A stretch of 63,043 nucleotides of DNA, filler included, from Polymyxa betae A26-41 (GCA_003693705.1; 4 parts of 4 records of this genome joined end to end with filler, not necessarily neighbours in it), one strand, 5' to 3'; counted from the whole stretch's first letter, positions 47,558-60,656 are shown. Numbers and translations are program-made. Notes: generated by a model not told the origin, from the sequence alone.

Positions 47558-48718
47558 ATGGTAATCGATGCTGTGATTCCATCTTGGCTAGCATTGCTAG
47601 GTTGCATCGCCACAGATTTCGGCCTCGACATTTCCAATTACGCCTTCATTAGCTCCGACGATGAGGACCCTAAAGCACCGGTTGTCATTGGGGCATCGTC
47701 AGGATCGTCGCCCGAATCGCTCATACCAATCCCTTATCTAATCACAGCTGGCGTTTCGACCATCATTGGAGTATTCCTAACCGTTATCGCGTTCGCGTTC
47801 GTTCCAATTACGCTTTTAATACCGATCTTTGCTGTTCGCTTCTCGACGAGCTTGATTTTCAGTTGGGCCATGGTTGGGATCGCTCCATCACGAAAAGCAA
47901 AGTTCGGGTTGCTCTTTTATATTGTCGGGCTAGTCTTGCTTATTCAATTCCAACAACGAGCTTTAACGATCTTGGATTCCGCTCAGCTCCTCTCGCTGTA
48001 TTCTTCCTTTCCATACTTGATCTTTTTCATAATCTGTTTTACGGCTTTCGTAACCTCCATGCTACTTCTTCAATTCTCGAGTTCATTTTCCGATAACAGC
48101 ATCATGCATGTCGCTGCATCAGCCATAGTTGGAAGCCAGGCCCCGGTCTTAGCGAAACTGTTCACTTCCATCATCACTATGGCAATCGTCAAGAAATCTT
48201 TGAGCGAAGCTGTTACTCTATACAGCATCCTAACCATATCTCTCTCGTGCGCTTCGTATTGGTTTTGGGACCGCCGTCTACGTGATTGCCTTTGTTACCC
48301 TTCTCACGATAGGGAACCTGTTAACATGCATCTAGCCTTCAACGTCATGGCATTACTTAATGGCTCTTTGCTTCTCAAAGAATACCAACACTGGGATCCG
48401 AAGATCGTGATGTCTCTAACCCTCGTGCTGATTGGCGTCACCCTGCTAGCTCAGGAGAAGTTCGCAGGCTTAGGAGAGAAGGAGGCTGGAGAAACGAACC
48501 GAAGAAGCTCCTGGAAAGAGATCATGAGAAAATCCAGCTGCCGAGGCTCTGAAATCATGAGAATCGGGCAGCCGCCAGCGTTATCACTTCCGGTTCGAAA
48601 CATGGTCAATATGGTATTTGCAGCACCGCCTACGACAAGGTCGAAGAAGTCGGTTCTGATGATAGCTGACTGTAAACATCACGCTCGAAAGTCGATCAAA
48701 GGAGTCGTTATTGAATGA
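47558..48718 (+). CDS. NIPA-like / DMT-superfamily magnesium transporter-like membrane protein
   Basis: Multiple (about nine) hydrophobic segments; AFAFVPITLLIP motif resembling NIPA AY.FAP..L..P; intronless. Confidence 0.65.
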   Translation: MVIDAVIPSWLALLGCIATDFGLDISNYAFISSDDEDPKAPVVIGASSGSSPESLIPIPYLITAGVSTIIGVFLTVIAFAFVPITLLIPIFAVRFSTSLIFSWAMVGIAPSRKAKFGLLFYIVGLVLLIQFQQRALTILDSAQLLSLYSSFPYLIFFIICFTAFVTSMLLLQFSSSFSDNSIMHVAASAIVGSQAPVLAKLFTSIITMAIVKKSLSEAVTLYSILTISLSCASYWFWDRRLRDCLCYPSHDREPVNMHLAFNVMALLNGSLLLKEYQHWDPKIVMSLTLVLIGVTLLAQEKFAGLGEKEAGETNRRSSWKEIMRKSSCRGSEIMRIGQPPALSLPVRNMVNMVFAAPPTTRSKKSVLMIADCKHHARKSIKGVVIE

Positions 48719-49202
48719 CATGGCCTCGCGGTCAATATTAAATAAAGTTGTCTTTAAAGTCATCTGCAGGCGCCGAAAACACAGAATTAAATAATTGTCG
48801 GTCATAACGGCACAGATTTGAAGCTAACATTGAGAAAATAACAACCAGATTTGCTCTATTGAAGAATAGATATCTGAACACCGACACGCTTTTCAACCAA
48901 AACATTTCTACAGCCGTCGTGATCTTAAGGCTCGATGCCGAGAGTGATATATGCACAGTTGAAACATAAAGACATTTAAACGTGAACTTGCTGAAGCTTA
49001 TATCATCGTGGGGTGATGGGCCGAAATGGGGTCGAACTCGCTTTTTAGCAGAATGACGGTGCGGAGCCCCCTCCTGGCTTCTAATGAAGCTTTGTAACAG
49101 GACCCATTGTGGAGGATTTGGACAGAGCGACTCTGACCTTGTCATTTCTCCTATTTGTTCTCGCTCGTTAGGCGCCAGTGCGGTCGTAGCTGGCGGGTGT
49201 CA

Positions 49203-50795
49203 ATGGAGGACCAGGATGAATCCGATCTGGGCCAAATAAACATGGATGCGCTAGAACGGCGCCTTCGACAACAGGGTCGGTCTTTGTTAGCATACGAATC
49301 CAACAAGAGTTCCGACCTCATTATTTTTGTCAGTGAATAATGACGCTGAGGAAGAAGAGAACGACCCATTCGATGGATCGTTTTCAGGTTCTGATACATC
49401 AACTGTTCAAGGACCAGCAACATCCGATGGTGAACCTAAACAGGTTCTGGAAGGTGGATGCTTTGATTTATTTTCAATATCTTTTCCATACTCTCATAGA
49501 TAAGGGAGATGCGAGGATGGACTTAAGCGACGACGAAGATACTGTAAACGAGTTGAAAGTTGATGATAACTCTCTTTCTACGTTTGCAAAACGAGTTCAA
49601 GCAGCAAGTGCACAACAGCTTGATGTTGAAAATGATGAAGTCTCAACTGTAGATCCCTTTGAGAATCTGACCGATTCAGATGCTCCTGTTATGCATCAGC
49701 TTAAGGTTCCAGTTTTTGTCGCATGTTAGTTTTGCTGAATCTTCTCTATTAGAAAGGAGAATTCGACATCTCCAGCGCAATACATAGTCAGACTGAAAGG
49801 AGAGAGTTCGATATTGACTCCTTGGTTGAACAGTTCAGAGCTGTCAGAGATTTTTTAAAAATCGAACAATTCCAATTGACGCTTTCATAGGCACAACGAG
49901 CGCATGAAGAAGTATTTGGCAATGCTCTTTCTCTTCCACGCGTTCAGGCTATGCTGGCTCCTCAAATGAAGTTAGAAATCTCAAAGCAAGTTCAGGTAGT
50001 CTTGATAAGTATCCGTTGCTGTCTGCCTTTTAATCTATCTCAAGGTGGAATTTCTCAAACAGTGTGATTGTCCCATAGCCATCACGGCTAAAACCGATGA
50101 TGTGTTGGACAGCTACAAAACCATGCTTTCTGCATGTGTTGAGCAGCATTTAGCAACAATCACCCATGCCAATCGTCGCCGCTCATTTGGCTCGAAAAGG
50201 CGTCTGCATTCTAGAGTTGAAGATCGTGATTTATTAGATGCTCAAACTTACATCCATTCTTTCCTCAATGCGCTGTTGTCGGCTTATTCTGAATTAATCA
50301 TTAAGGCCGAGAGAGATGAAACGAGGCAGTGGATTGAAAACCGTATCAAGTCAGTGGAGGAATGCCTCGCTGAGATGGTCGCTCAAATTCAAGCCGAAAT
50401 TGGTTTGGATAGAGCCAGCCGAGTTGATAATACTGCAAGCCTTGAAGGAGTTATAATTGAAAGATTTAGTCAGTTGGGTTAGTCTTTTCACGTCTATTGT
50501 TCTTTTCAGCTAACAAATCATAATAGAACAGCGTATTTTTCAAGTTGAAAGTCCAGAGGCTATTCGGTTGAAGGAGAGGCGTGGCCAGCAATTCTCTTCT
50601 GATATTCCAAGCTCTCAAGTTCTCCAGACACAGGTGGAAAAACACGATGTTCAATTTTGCGAAAAGAAGCAGGGTTGCGATTGCAGCCGATGGCTAATGT
50701 TATTGCTGCAGCTCTTTACAGTGCTTCTGCTGTTCGAGGTTTTGCATTTTAGCTTTGTTCCTTTTCCAAAAACAAGACAGTCGTTTCTATCATAG
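49203..50795 (+). CDS. Multi-exon acidic/coiled-coil protein with a C-terminal transmembrane anchor
   Basis: ORF pieces joined by short GT-AG introns; terminal WLMLLLQLFTVLLLFEVLHFSF segment. Confidence 0.65.
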
Positions 50796-51467
50796 CGTAA
50801 GCATATCATCGTTCAAATACATATCTATCTGAAATCACACCATTTAATCAAAGCTAATTGTAAAAAAAGGAGGACGTGTCGATTTTTTTCCCGAGTGAAT
50901 ATTCGAAATTCCAAATCCGTCATTTTTAAATTCTTTCAAAAATCAATTCACCCTTAAAATATCAAATATACCCCCATCACAATAAATCAAAATCGAAAAA
51001 ATCTACCACTCATACCACAATCTCAAATACAATTAAAAAAATAATGTGTCAGTAGATTAATGCCTTGGAAAGATAAGCAGAAGCGTATTGATTACGAAAA
51101 CAGTGAAAAGCGAAAGCAATAGAAGGATTGGCAACTGAGGAAGAAAGAAAAAAGCCCAAACTATAAGAAATTCAAAATTCACATTACGGATGGGAAAACA
51201 CGTATAAGATCAAAGTAGAAAGAAGACGCAAAGACCTCAAAATTGAGAAATCATTCAAAACATGAAAAAAATTATAGTAGTTCCATATCTGGAGTACATT
51301 CTACAGTATGTATTGATACGCGATAATTTTCCCCCCATTCCAAAAAATATCAGTCTAATGAGTGAGTGGTTTGGTTTCATAAATTTTCAAAAATAACGTA
51401 CGCATTTAGTTTTGTAATCCGTTTAGGTTGTCACAATCTGAGGATTATATTAGAGACCGAGCTGAGC

Positions 51468-51567
51468 NNNNNNNNNNNNNNNNNNNNNNNNNNNNNNNNN
51501 NNNNNNNNNNNTTAATTAATTAANNNNNNNNNNNNNNNNNNNNNNNNNNNNNNNNNNNNNNNNNNNN
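51468..51567. other. Artificial contig linker
   Basis: N run with TTAATTAATTAA. Confidence 0.9.
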
Positions 51568-51699
51568 TCTATCGGCTCTGGCAGCACAACAACACAATTC
51601 TATTCGACGCTTGATTGCTGCTTGTCGCATTCTCGAACACAAACCGCAACAGCATCTGTGAAAGACTTTTACAATATATTAGAGCCCTATCGACTTGCA

Positions 51700-52593
51700 G
51701 CTCCTATAACCACCACTGAATATCCCAGGAAAAGGAACATAATCGGAGATGAATCAGAGGCCGCTCCGTGAAATATTGCCCAGCAACGAGTACGAAAAAT
51801 CAGTCATAGAGATTTTCAACGCTGCCATGATCAAGCGAATCCCGTTCTTGGACGTGGCTGACCAACCAGAACCAACGCGAGAATGGAAAGAAAGTTCACT
51901 CCGGATTTCTACGACAGTTGGGATCGCTGCTTTCGTTTTTCATCGAAGCAGCCCACACAAACCACTAGTCTTGGGCAAAACCGGGTCAGGTTCGAGATGG
52001 ACCTGATGGTGGAACTTTTGGAGACGAATTCAGGCAGTATTTCCTAAAAAGATTTACTATCTGAAGAAGACGGCGTCCAAGTGATTTCGTTCCATCGAAA
52101 TGTTGATGATATCAATATTGAAGTTCGACACGCTGTACATTATAAAACCTGTCTGGATCCTTCCATGCTCTCGCAGAAGCTTTTCCAGATCGAAAGGCAG
52201 ATGACGATGAGGCGGTTTCACATCGAAGGTCCTTTGCCTGAGACTGGTCTGTGTGGCCTGATTCTGGACAGCAGCCACGAACACTTTCAGGAGACTGTCA
52301 CCAAATTGATCAGTCTCAGGAGCGACCCGGAGTTCCAAAATTTTTTTTCGACCCTGGATCTTTCCAGTATCCCTCTTGTGATTATTCACAAACCATACAG
52401 GAATATCTACACCGAGGTCGGCGACTTAAAAAAAGACTTAATAAAGCTTCGCACAGAATTCGGCGAACTTCGCACAGAAGTGACAGAGCTCGTTGAGCTC
52501 CGGAAGCAATCTCAAAAACAGTTTCGCTCCTTTCAAGATCAGCTCGATCGGCAGGCTTCTAAGCTTGACCTAATACTCAAGAAGCTGTCGTAA
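51700..52593 (+). pseudogene. PD-(D/E)XK-like nuclease domain plus coiled coil (Crinkler/REase-type), with an in-frame stop
   Basis: After a probable intron (~51918-51989), FEMDLMVE...IEVRHAVHYKT..D...LSQKLFQIERQ and a C-terminal heptad repeat; TAA near 52045. Confidence 0.5.
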
Positions 52594-54078
52594 ATACTAA
52601 ATACAGCCATGTTTCTTTGCTACGTTACCTTTTTCCGTTCTTTCATTCATAATTCAATCCCCATAGCACAAATACAATGACCGCCGGTTTCGCACTGTAA
52701 CATTATCACCAATGGCGGAGTTTGCAGGTGCTGATGACAACCAAATCAGGCAGCATGTCGCTGGAACATTCAAGCTCTGGAAAATTGCTGCCTTACAACA
52801 ATTCCGCGAGAACGAGCTGAAGCTCTCGCAGTTCCTGTACAAGAGGAAAATGTGTCGTCTGCATCGCCTATTAATGGCATAACATCTCGAATATACAAAC
52901 AAACAGCATTAGATCCGGGAATTCTGTTGAATGAATCTGCTCAAATCGATCTACTGCTATCCGCCTCAATCTTCACTGATCGTTTCTCCGAATGATTCTA
53001 TCTCCATCTTCGTTCTCTTATGGATCTCCCAGACACTCTAAGCATTATGAGACTCTATAGTTCCTTATCATTTTTGATATGCTGAATTTTCCCTGAATGC
53101 CACGATTCGGCATTCAGCAATTTGTCAGCTGCAAACATTCGTCAACTGGTTTCGTCTGAAAATGCTCAACGATCAATTCAGCAGCGTAAGCATTATGACA
53201 TTCGCTACTCTGTATGGATGGCGGATGCTGTAAGTGCTTCCATCTGGCGAAGTGACTTTCAGCCATTTCGCGTTTACTACCTGATGATTCCAGTGGCTCA
53301 GTTCGGCCTTCGGGGGCTCGTTGGGCTCAATCCAGATTGCGATTGAGAACTTTCGATGATTAGAGCAATATGGTGAAATTCAATTCGACATATTTTAGGG
53401 GGCACCTCTATCAAAGCCATATCGAGTTCAAAACACACAAAACAGATGGAAAATTTGATATTGTGAATAAAAGAACTCAATCTGGGTGCGTTTCAGTGGT
53501 CGGACAGCTCCAGCCAGTGATCCCTTTCGATAATAGACACCATCACTAAACTGGCGGGAGGCCGTACCGCTTGGTTCCAACACTGTCTGCTCTCTTAAGC
53601 GCTCTACCATCAAAACCGTCTCAAAATCTGGAGAATTGAAGTCGTGACAAGTCGGGGATTGCACAGATTGAACTTGATTTCAAAACCCTGGTGCGCATAT
53701 GACATTTGAAATATAGAATTGATAAGAAATTCAGTCCAGCGTACACTATCAATTCATCTAATGGCAGTGTAGACAGAGAGATGATTTAACATGTACCAGA
53801 AAAACGGGGCCTCAGGGGTAGCCCTCTTCCCTGTCCCAAGTAATTTTACAGGGCCGCGCACAGCCAGCTTCCTAGCTGTTGGAGTTTTGAATGGGAATAC
53901 AGAGAGAGCAAATTTCCTTCCAAGTCTGAGAGTGGCTTGATTGTAAAACGAGATTGCCATACATTGAATTTCGCAGTTTCCAAAAATAGAATATTTATTA
54001 CTACCAATTCGATTTCGCCAACTAATTAATGCCAACTAGCACAAAAAAAAGGAATCCTTCCGGACTGCGGAACCTGAG

Positions 54079-54140
54079 TCTGACCCGAAGTCGGGGGAAA
54101 CTGCGTCTGACCCGAAGTCGGGGGAAACTGCGTCTGACCC
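54079..54140. repeat. 27-bp tandem repeat CTGACCCGAAGTCGGGGGAAACTGCGT (2+ copies) with an internal CCCGA/TCGGG stem
   Basis: Directly visible. Confidence 0.85.
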
Positions 54141-54249
54141 GCTCAGTCGTCTTCATTCGCAATCATGATCGAGCTCCTGCTGTTACTCCTGTTGGGGTTC
54201 CGATTCCTTTCTCAGGACGTGCTAGCCCCCATTCGATATAATGGCCAAC

Positions 54250-56600
54250 CTCTCAGCTCATACCAGCCTCGCATCACTTCTGCATTGAAATCCACCGCCG
54301 AAGACGCCCTCTTTGTGTAACATTACATTCCTCTCTCCCTGCTCTTTTTAAGCCCAGTTTTAGGACACAGAATCCTTTCCTCTACCATCCGAATGGTCAC
54401 GGGCTTCGCTTAAAGATCATGATCAGCTGCTTCTTTCTCAAGCAGAGGTCCAATCTGATTCTGATGACAGACCTCTTGAACTATCGCTATCTTTGGGATC
54501 TGGTGGGAGGAAAGGTTCCCGAAGAGCGCCGTCGGAAAGATTTCACGAAATGGGCGCTTCAAGTTATTCGTCGTTACGACTGTGATGCTTGTTTTCGTCC
54601 AGTACGACCTCTGCAGTTGTTCTGAAGACGTTGCTCTGGCATGTTCCGACCTCATGGTTGATGACTGTTCATGATGAAGATTTTCTGCTGTTAGCTCTTG
54701 CTGGTGCCTTTGAACCGAGCCGATATTTCCGTCAAAGCCAGACACAGGAGATTGAGAAGTTTTCCGAGATCTTGCGGGAGATTCCAGCTGAAGACTTCAA
54801 AGATTGTTGTGGTAACAGGAAACTGCTCAAAAAACTGTCACATTCGTAAGCGGATTGTTATTAGAAACTTTTGTTTGGGGGGTTTCACATTTTGGATTTT
54901 GCTAAACTTCAGCTGATTATGATACAGGGAGAACAAGTTCCAGATTCCTCCCGAACTTGTTACTCAGATACTCTTTAAGTGGTCGCTTCTCTTCTCGTAA
55001 GTTCAATGTTTCTATGGATAGAAACCCCTTCGCTTTCATAGTTCTCTATTTGTTATAATCTTCAAATTCCGAGACCTTTTCTTCATGCAACAACATCATT
55101 CCTGCTGTTATATTTATGTTATCATATTTGAAATTTTGTGATCTCTCGTTTACTTGTCTCTGCAATTCTGCATGATTTCTTTTCGCAATTATTTGATTTT
55201 TTCCGACTTCTATTGAATTCCTCTTGATAAACAGCAATGAACAAGTTCGTACTGGTCAAGGGTCTCTAATGCGATTGGGTTTCGAAAAACAATTTCATCG
55301 TATTCTTGATGCGATCCCTAACCCTAGTATTCCCCCAATGGTAATGTTTATCAATCTCACCTAGTTATATTACTTATTATATTCAGGCTCGAATATCGTC
55401 GTGAGCAGTCGAGTTTGCTGCCTCAGGCTGAATTGGTGGCTGCTGCGATCTCCTCGTTCATGTTCAAAACTTACGACGGCAAATGGGCTCCATATGACTG
55501 CGAGCAATGCGGATTCGTTGCAAGAGGGCTCCCAAATCACTCGGAATGCTCGTTGCTCTTTCGAGATTCCATGCCTAAACAGCATCCCCTCTATCAGAAT
55601 ATTCGCGATTCCAGCCTGGAAACAAATCTCTATTTATGGCGAACCATTGCTAACCAGTAATTCACATTTTTATATGTTTGATATTTATCATCTATTTCTT
55701 ATAATTGCAGCACCCATTCCCAGTTACCGTATCTGCTATTTCATCTCTTTTTCAACAATTTCCTCGCTTTATTGCTCAAACTATCAAACGCTGGCGTGAT
55801 TTTATCTGTCTTTGATCTCGAATCAATTTGGAAGCTACTAATTGTGTTATAGGTTTCTGCAAGATTTTGCTAATAAAAAAAGCGGCGATTTACCATGTGA
55901 CGAAGACCTCCTGTATCAACTACTCAGGATTACACCACATTGGCGACCTTCCTCTTCTGGTCTCCAGATCGCCTTACAGCTGATCTCGTTGCTGTTACGT
56001 CAGGAAACATCCTCGATCGTCTCGATTTTGCAGCTGGTCAAGCAAGCGTTACGACGAATTGATCATCTTCCCAAGGCCAACAGCAAAACCTTTTTCTGCT
56101 CCGTATGCACTCTTTCTTGGTCACTTTAACTTTCTCTGATTTCGATTTCAGAAACCGGATCAAAATGCTCTTTCTTTCGGACCTGTTTTTGGCAAAAAAC
56201 CGGAGCGATTTGGCATTAAAAACGTTAAAGAATTGGCGGCCCTGGCCTTTATGCATGATTCAGATTTCGCTGGAGCTATTAAAAGCAAACGTCATTATAC
56301 AGATGTCTTTATTTGCTCTCTGATTCGTATGATGTTTTATTCTTCATCGAGTTCTGCTCAAAGAATCATATATTGGGCATCCGATCCAAACGTCTTCTCT
56401 AAAATCGGGCTTAAATTACCTGATATTTCCTCAGGTAATTGATCATGTAATATCCGTCAGATCTATACTGATACAAAACTTTCAGGTTTCTTCTATCGGG
56501 AGTTCTGCATCCGTCGCTCTTCCAACAACAAGGTCTGCAACCCATTTTCCGGCTGTTTTTGTATTTTATTTTCGGGTTTTTTGAGTTTTTATGCGCTCAA
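54250..56600 (+). CDS. Unknown multi-exon, mostly helical protein with a CxxC...H..C motif
   Basis: ORFs 54419-54625, 54589-54849, 55415-55660 (YDCEQCG...NHSEC), 55842-56129 and 56233-56442 separated by AT-rich GT-AG introns. Confidence 0.55.
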
Positions 56601-56938
56601 ATGCTTTTCTCGGAGCCAGAAAATGTGTCACCTATAAAATACTTTTTTGTTTTGGTGATCAGTATCTCTGTCTCGGCTATGAAAACGCTTTCAGAAAATG
56701 CCCTAAAACCCTAGTTTCTTTTCTATGAACAAATTCTCTACCTAAATTGTTTTCAAATAATTGTTCGATGTTTCTATGTTCACAAATGATATATTATAAC
56801 AACTCATATTCGTGTCCATTCACGATTTCGTTATCTGAAATGGAACTTTTTAGAAATTGAAATGTGAACTGTGCGGTGATGATATCGATTATCTGATCAC
56901 CAAGCTGTCAACTGGTCATCATTTCCATCCAACCTGCT

Positions 56939-57985
56939 TCAACACACTCGACAACCAACTGATACGCTCTTCGTATAAGATCGATGATATTGGTCAAGGC
57001 GGATTACATCGCTTATGCGATTCTGATCGCTGGGTCGTACTTCCCGATCAATTGTAACGTGTGGGTCTGTGGCAACGTTACACACTCCAGTCAATACAAT
57101 TTCTTGAAAAATCATTGAGTCGCACAGCTCCTTGAATATTATAAGATTTTTTTTCATGAATTTTTACGATAAGAGTAATATGGAAAAGCTCTAAAAAAGC
57201 AGCCTGATCACGAAGCAGGGATCGTCATACACAGAGACCATCTCACATTATAACGCAACATTAGCAGACATTCAGTTGCACAATGGGTCCCTCTATGGAT
57301 GACCCAGTAAGTGTGACGGTCAGCGAAGATAGTTCGGCTTATTAGGTCTGGCCGGTCCGGTTTATTGAACAATAATACTAATTATTTCGACATCTTCGTG
57401 CCCGTAACGAATCAGGACATCACGTTTCGACAATACGCGATATTTGTCCGAGGGATCATTGTCATAGAAACATTCACCCCAAAGGATTGGAGCTCTTATA
57501 CCTGGGTCTGTTAATGGATCATGACGAACCTCGAGATCAGGAATGTAATCCCATAGTCCGAAACTACACTGTTTGTAGCAAGTCGGATACCCGTTCCGTC
57601 CTCGTTGAATCTTGTTGCAAGAATCTCTTGCTAAAGCCACAAAACTTGAAGATACAAAATGGTTGGCGAAGCTTCGGGAGATGTCGTTTTTAATTGCCCT
57701 TTCTAATAATTCTGTAAACGGTCCGGATGGCATATTAACTAGAATGATTCGAATATCTGATGATAATTCCAAGTAACAATCATATTGAGAGATGAGCTTG
57801 TTCTGCTGACAATAGTCCCACGGCTTTTCGAGTGCATCATCATCTTGCAGCTGGAATATGAGAGAGGACTGATCGCCCTGTCGAAGGAGCGCATCAAGAT
57901 AACCAGATAGGATCTCTTCCAGGCCATCTGATGGTACAGAATGAACGCTCGAGAGCTGCATCATCAAGAGTCTGGGAAAGAACAA
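56939..57985 (-). CDS. Uma2-like PD-(D/E)XK restriction-endonuclease-fold protein (possibly multi-exon or a pseudogene)
   Basis: MPSGPFTE, YIPDLEVR and APILWGECFYDN follow the order of the Uma2-type motifs MP...HE, PD and P...E. Confidence 0.6.
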
Positions 57986-58299
57986 CCTATGAATATGGTA
58001 TGAGGAATTGATAGTTGTTTTCGAATTTCATCGGTTTATAATGAATTTTACATTTTTTTTCAATAAGGCGCAATGTTTTGCGAAGAGTGCGAAATTTTCG
58101 GAGGTTCGCCGGATTTTTTTTACCCCCGTGTGTCAATATTTGCCATTGCAAAAAGCTTGGTCGGAGGGAATGAGACTCAGGCGGATCTGTTTCCGCCCTG
58201 CCCAATCCACGATCGGGGCGTCCATCTAGATCGGCCTCCTGAAAACAAGGCTCAGTCCTGCCGTTCAGATTCTTCGCATCCGGTCCAAATCTTGACCTG

Positions 58300-60500
58300 A
58301 TACTGAACCACCCGAACTGCATTTGCTGGCCTCTGAAACGACATCAGATGGACTGCTATCAAGTACGGCGGTTACCCGAGATGACGAATACAAATTTCCT
58401 TAACAGCCGCAATTGTGACAAAATATTGTTCCGAAAGAAGTTTATTGAGACCAGGAAATTGCAGAAATCATCCAATAACAAGGTTCAGTTACCTAATTTA
58501 ACGTTTCTATATTGCAATCATGAATACAAAATTGGCATGAAAAGTTGGAGATCTCGTAGATGATCTTTACGTAATGCTGCCAACGAGCTGATATATTGAA
58601 AATGATCTCAAAATGGGATACCTTCTTAGAATGTGGTTTCTGATCCTGTCAAAATCGCATTGAGATGATAAAAGCAGCACCATTTCGAGTCAAAGAGAAA
58701 CCAATCAGTAAACTTAAAGGTTGATAAATTCCATATTGTAGCCCTTCAATAATCTTGATAGATTTCAACTGAATGGGCAATAACGGGTTGGTTCTAGACT
58801 GAATTCTCCGATTTGGAGAAACTTCATGATAATCTCGAAATTATAGATGGGAAATATACTGTTAGTAAGTCCCTCCTGTGAGTGGATTCTAGAATCAAAA
58901 GTGCTTCAGCTTCTAGCAAAGTCAAGGTACAATCGGCAGCAATTTTGTCTTGTAACAGGGTGAATCTCGAGATTCGTCAAATAAAGGAATCGGGTTGATT
59001 TCATACATCCAGTATATATTGATAATATGCGAGTTCTAAAAGGTCGAGGGGTTTGTTTGATCGCGAATTCGCCTCCAATCCATGTTATTTAGTAGTTGAA
59101 AATGCCTCCAATGAATGCATGAAATTCTTGGTGGAAGATGTGCTCAGGTTTTCTGTATTTTCGCAGACGTGTGATTAACAAACGCCGTTTGTAGATTTCT
59201 TTCGCAATTTTAAACGTTATAGAGCTGTTTGTCTCCTTGTTGGCTGTGATTTCTGCCCCAATATACCTTACCGAATTAGTCGTGTTTTTAATCATGGCAA
59301 TGAGCTGTATTAGATCGCTGGGATAATGCTCATGAAATGTGAAGTTTGTTTTTATCAGCATTGATCTTGATTGTATCTTTATTGCTCCAACCAATCATTT
59401 CACCCAGCTGGTGTCTGAATGTATTTTTACGTATTCTTTCTCAGATTCGATCTCCCAACCTATCGTATCATCTACAGATGTTTTTGCGAATCTCGAGTTT
59501 AGAACGATGCCGTAGACAACTATTAGCCACAATTGTACGGTGAAGCTGCACCCCTGGGGGATGCCAATTTCCTATTCTTCTAATTGAGATAAATTGGGAG
59601 GCAAACGGATGGGTCGGTATTCCTAGGGCTTTGTTCTGGGTAGGGGAATGATACGAGCTCGGGTGATCTCTTGGCTGCTGATGGCATTCAGCATCATCTC
59701 GCAAACATCGTCGTCTTCGCACGCGAGTTTAATAAGTCTGTTTGAGTTTCCGTTCTGGACCTTTCGATGATTTCATATTTGCCTCTCTCTCATGGATTGG
59801 TTTGGCTCCGTGAGGCGAATTGTGTCTTCTTCTTTGGTCAGTATTCTATATTCGAGTATTTCTAAAATATTTTCAAATTCATTCTGTGTTTCTGCAGGTT
59901 TGACGTCATTTTGTCCAAAGGTGTTTTCGAGCTTTTCTGCGATCTCCTCTGAGTTCGTTCTGAGTTGCTCATGATGGATTTGGCTTTGTCGTGCTTTTAT
60001 TGACTGTTTTTGTTTGACGATTTTGATGATTTGTGTAATGTTGTATTCGTTTTTGGTTTTCTTGAAACGTTTCCCGATTCTTTTTGTCTTCAAGAATTCG
60101 TGGTATGGCTCAGTGGTATCTTTCCTGCGCTATCGAGCTTTCTGGATGTCTTGCCGAGCTCCGTTTTGTAGTCCCATCGCTTCTCTGTGTCCAGAATTTT
60201 ATTGGTTTACGCTGTATCGTTNNNNNNNNNNNNNNNNNNNNNNNNNNNNNNNNNNNNNNNNNNNNNNNNNNNNNNNNNNNNNNNNNNNNNNNNNNNNNNN
60301 NNNNNNNNNNNNNNNNNNNNNNNNNNNNNNNNNNNNNNNNNNNNNNNNNNNNNNNNNNNNNNNNNNNNNNNNNNNNNCTTTTATTGTGGTATTCAAGTAT
60401 CCACTAATGATGGTTGTGTGTAACAAACCTTCACTGCTCCATTCTGCTACGATTATCAGGACGTCTTGCCAATATTGTACTCTTGCTGTGTGGTTTTTTG
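58300..60500 (-). mobile_element. Non-LTR retrotransposon (LINE) RT remnant
   Basis: Minus-strand GIPQGCSF and TSVDDTIG (RT motifs), INADK, SVRYIG; K/Q-rich linker at 59773-60093; many stops. Confidence 0.75.
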
Positions 60501-60501
60501 A

Positions 60502-60601
60502 NNNNNNNNNNNNNNNNNNNNNNNNNNNNNNNNNNNNNNNNNNNNTTAATTAATTAANNNNNNNNNNNNNNNNNNNNNNNNNNNNNNNNNNNNNNNNNNN
60601 N
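60502..60601. other. Artificial contig linker
   Basis: N run with TTAATTAATTAA. Confidence 0.9.
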
Positions 60602-60656
60602 TGAAATAGTAAACCGTAATATTATCAATGTATTACGATGTCTTATGTCAGTGTTA
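60602..60656 (+). mobile_element. Fragment of another Gypsy B integrase copy
   Basis: 53/55 identical to 19876-19930. Confidence 0.9.

Noticed and set aside
52650-53700. Trypsin-like protease relic (DMALIEV)
   Set aside because: No GDSG catalytic motif was found and the frames are fragmentary.
54079-54140. Hammerhead ribozyme or CRISPR-like array
   Set aside because: CTGA and GAAA are present but the CUGANGA core is not; the repeats are contiguous with no spacers, and there are no cas genes.
60014-60553. ORFs spanning N runs
   Set aside because: Artifacts of the gaps.
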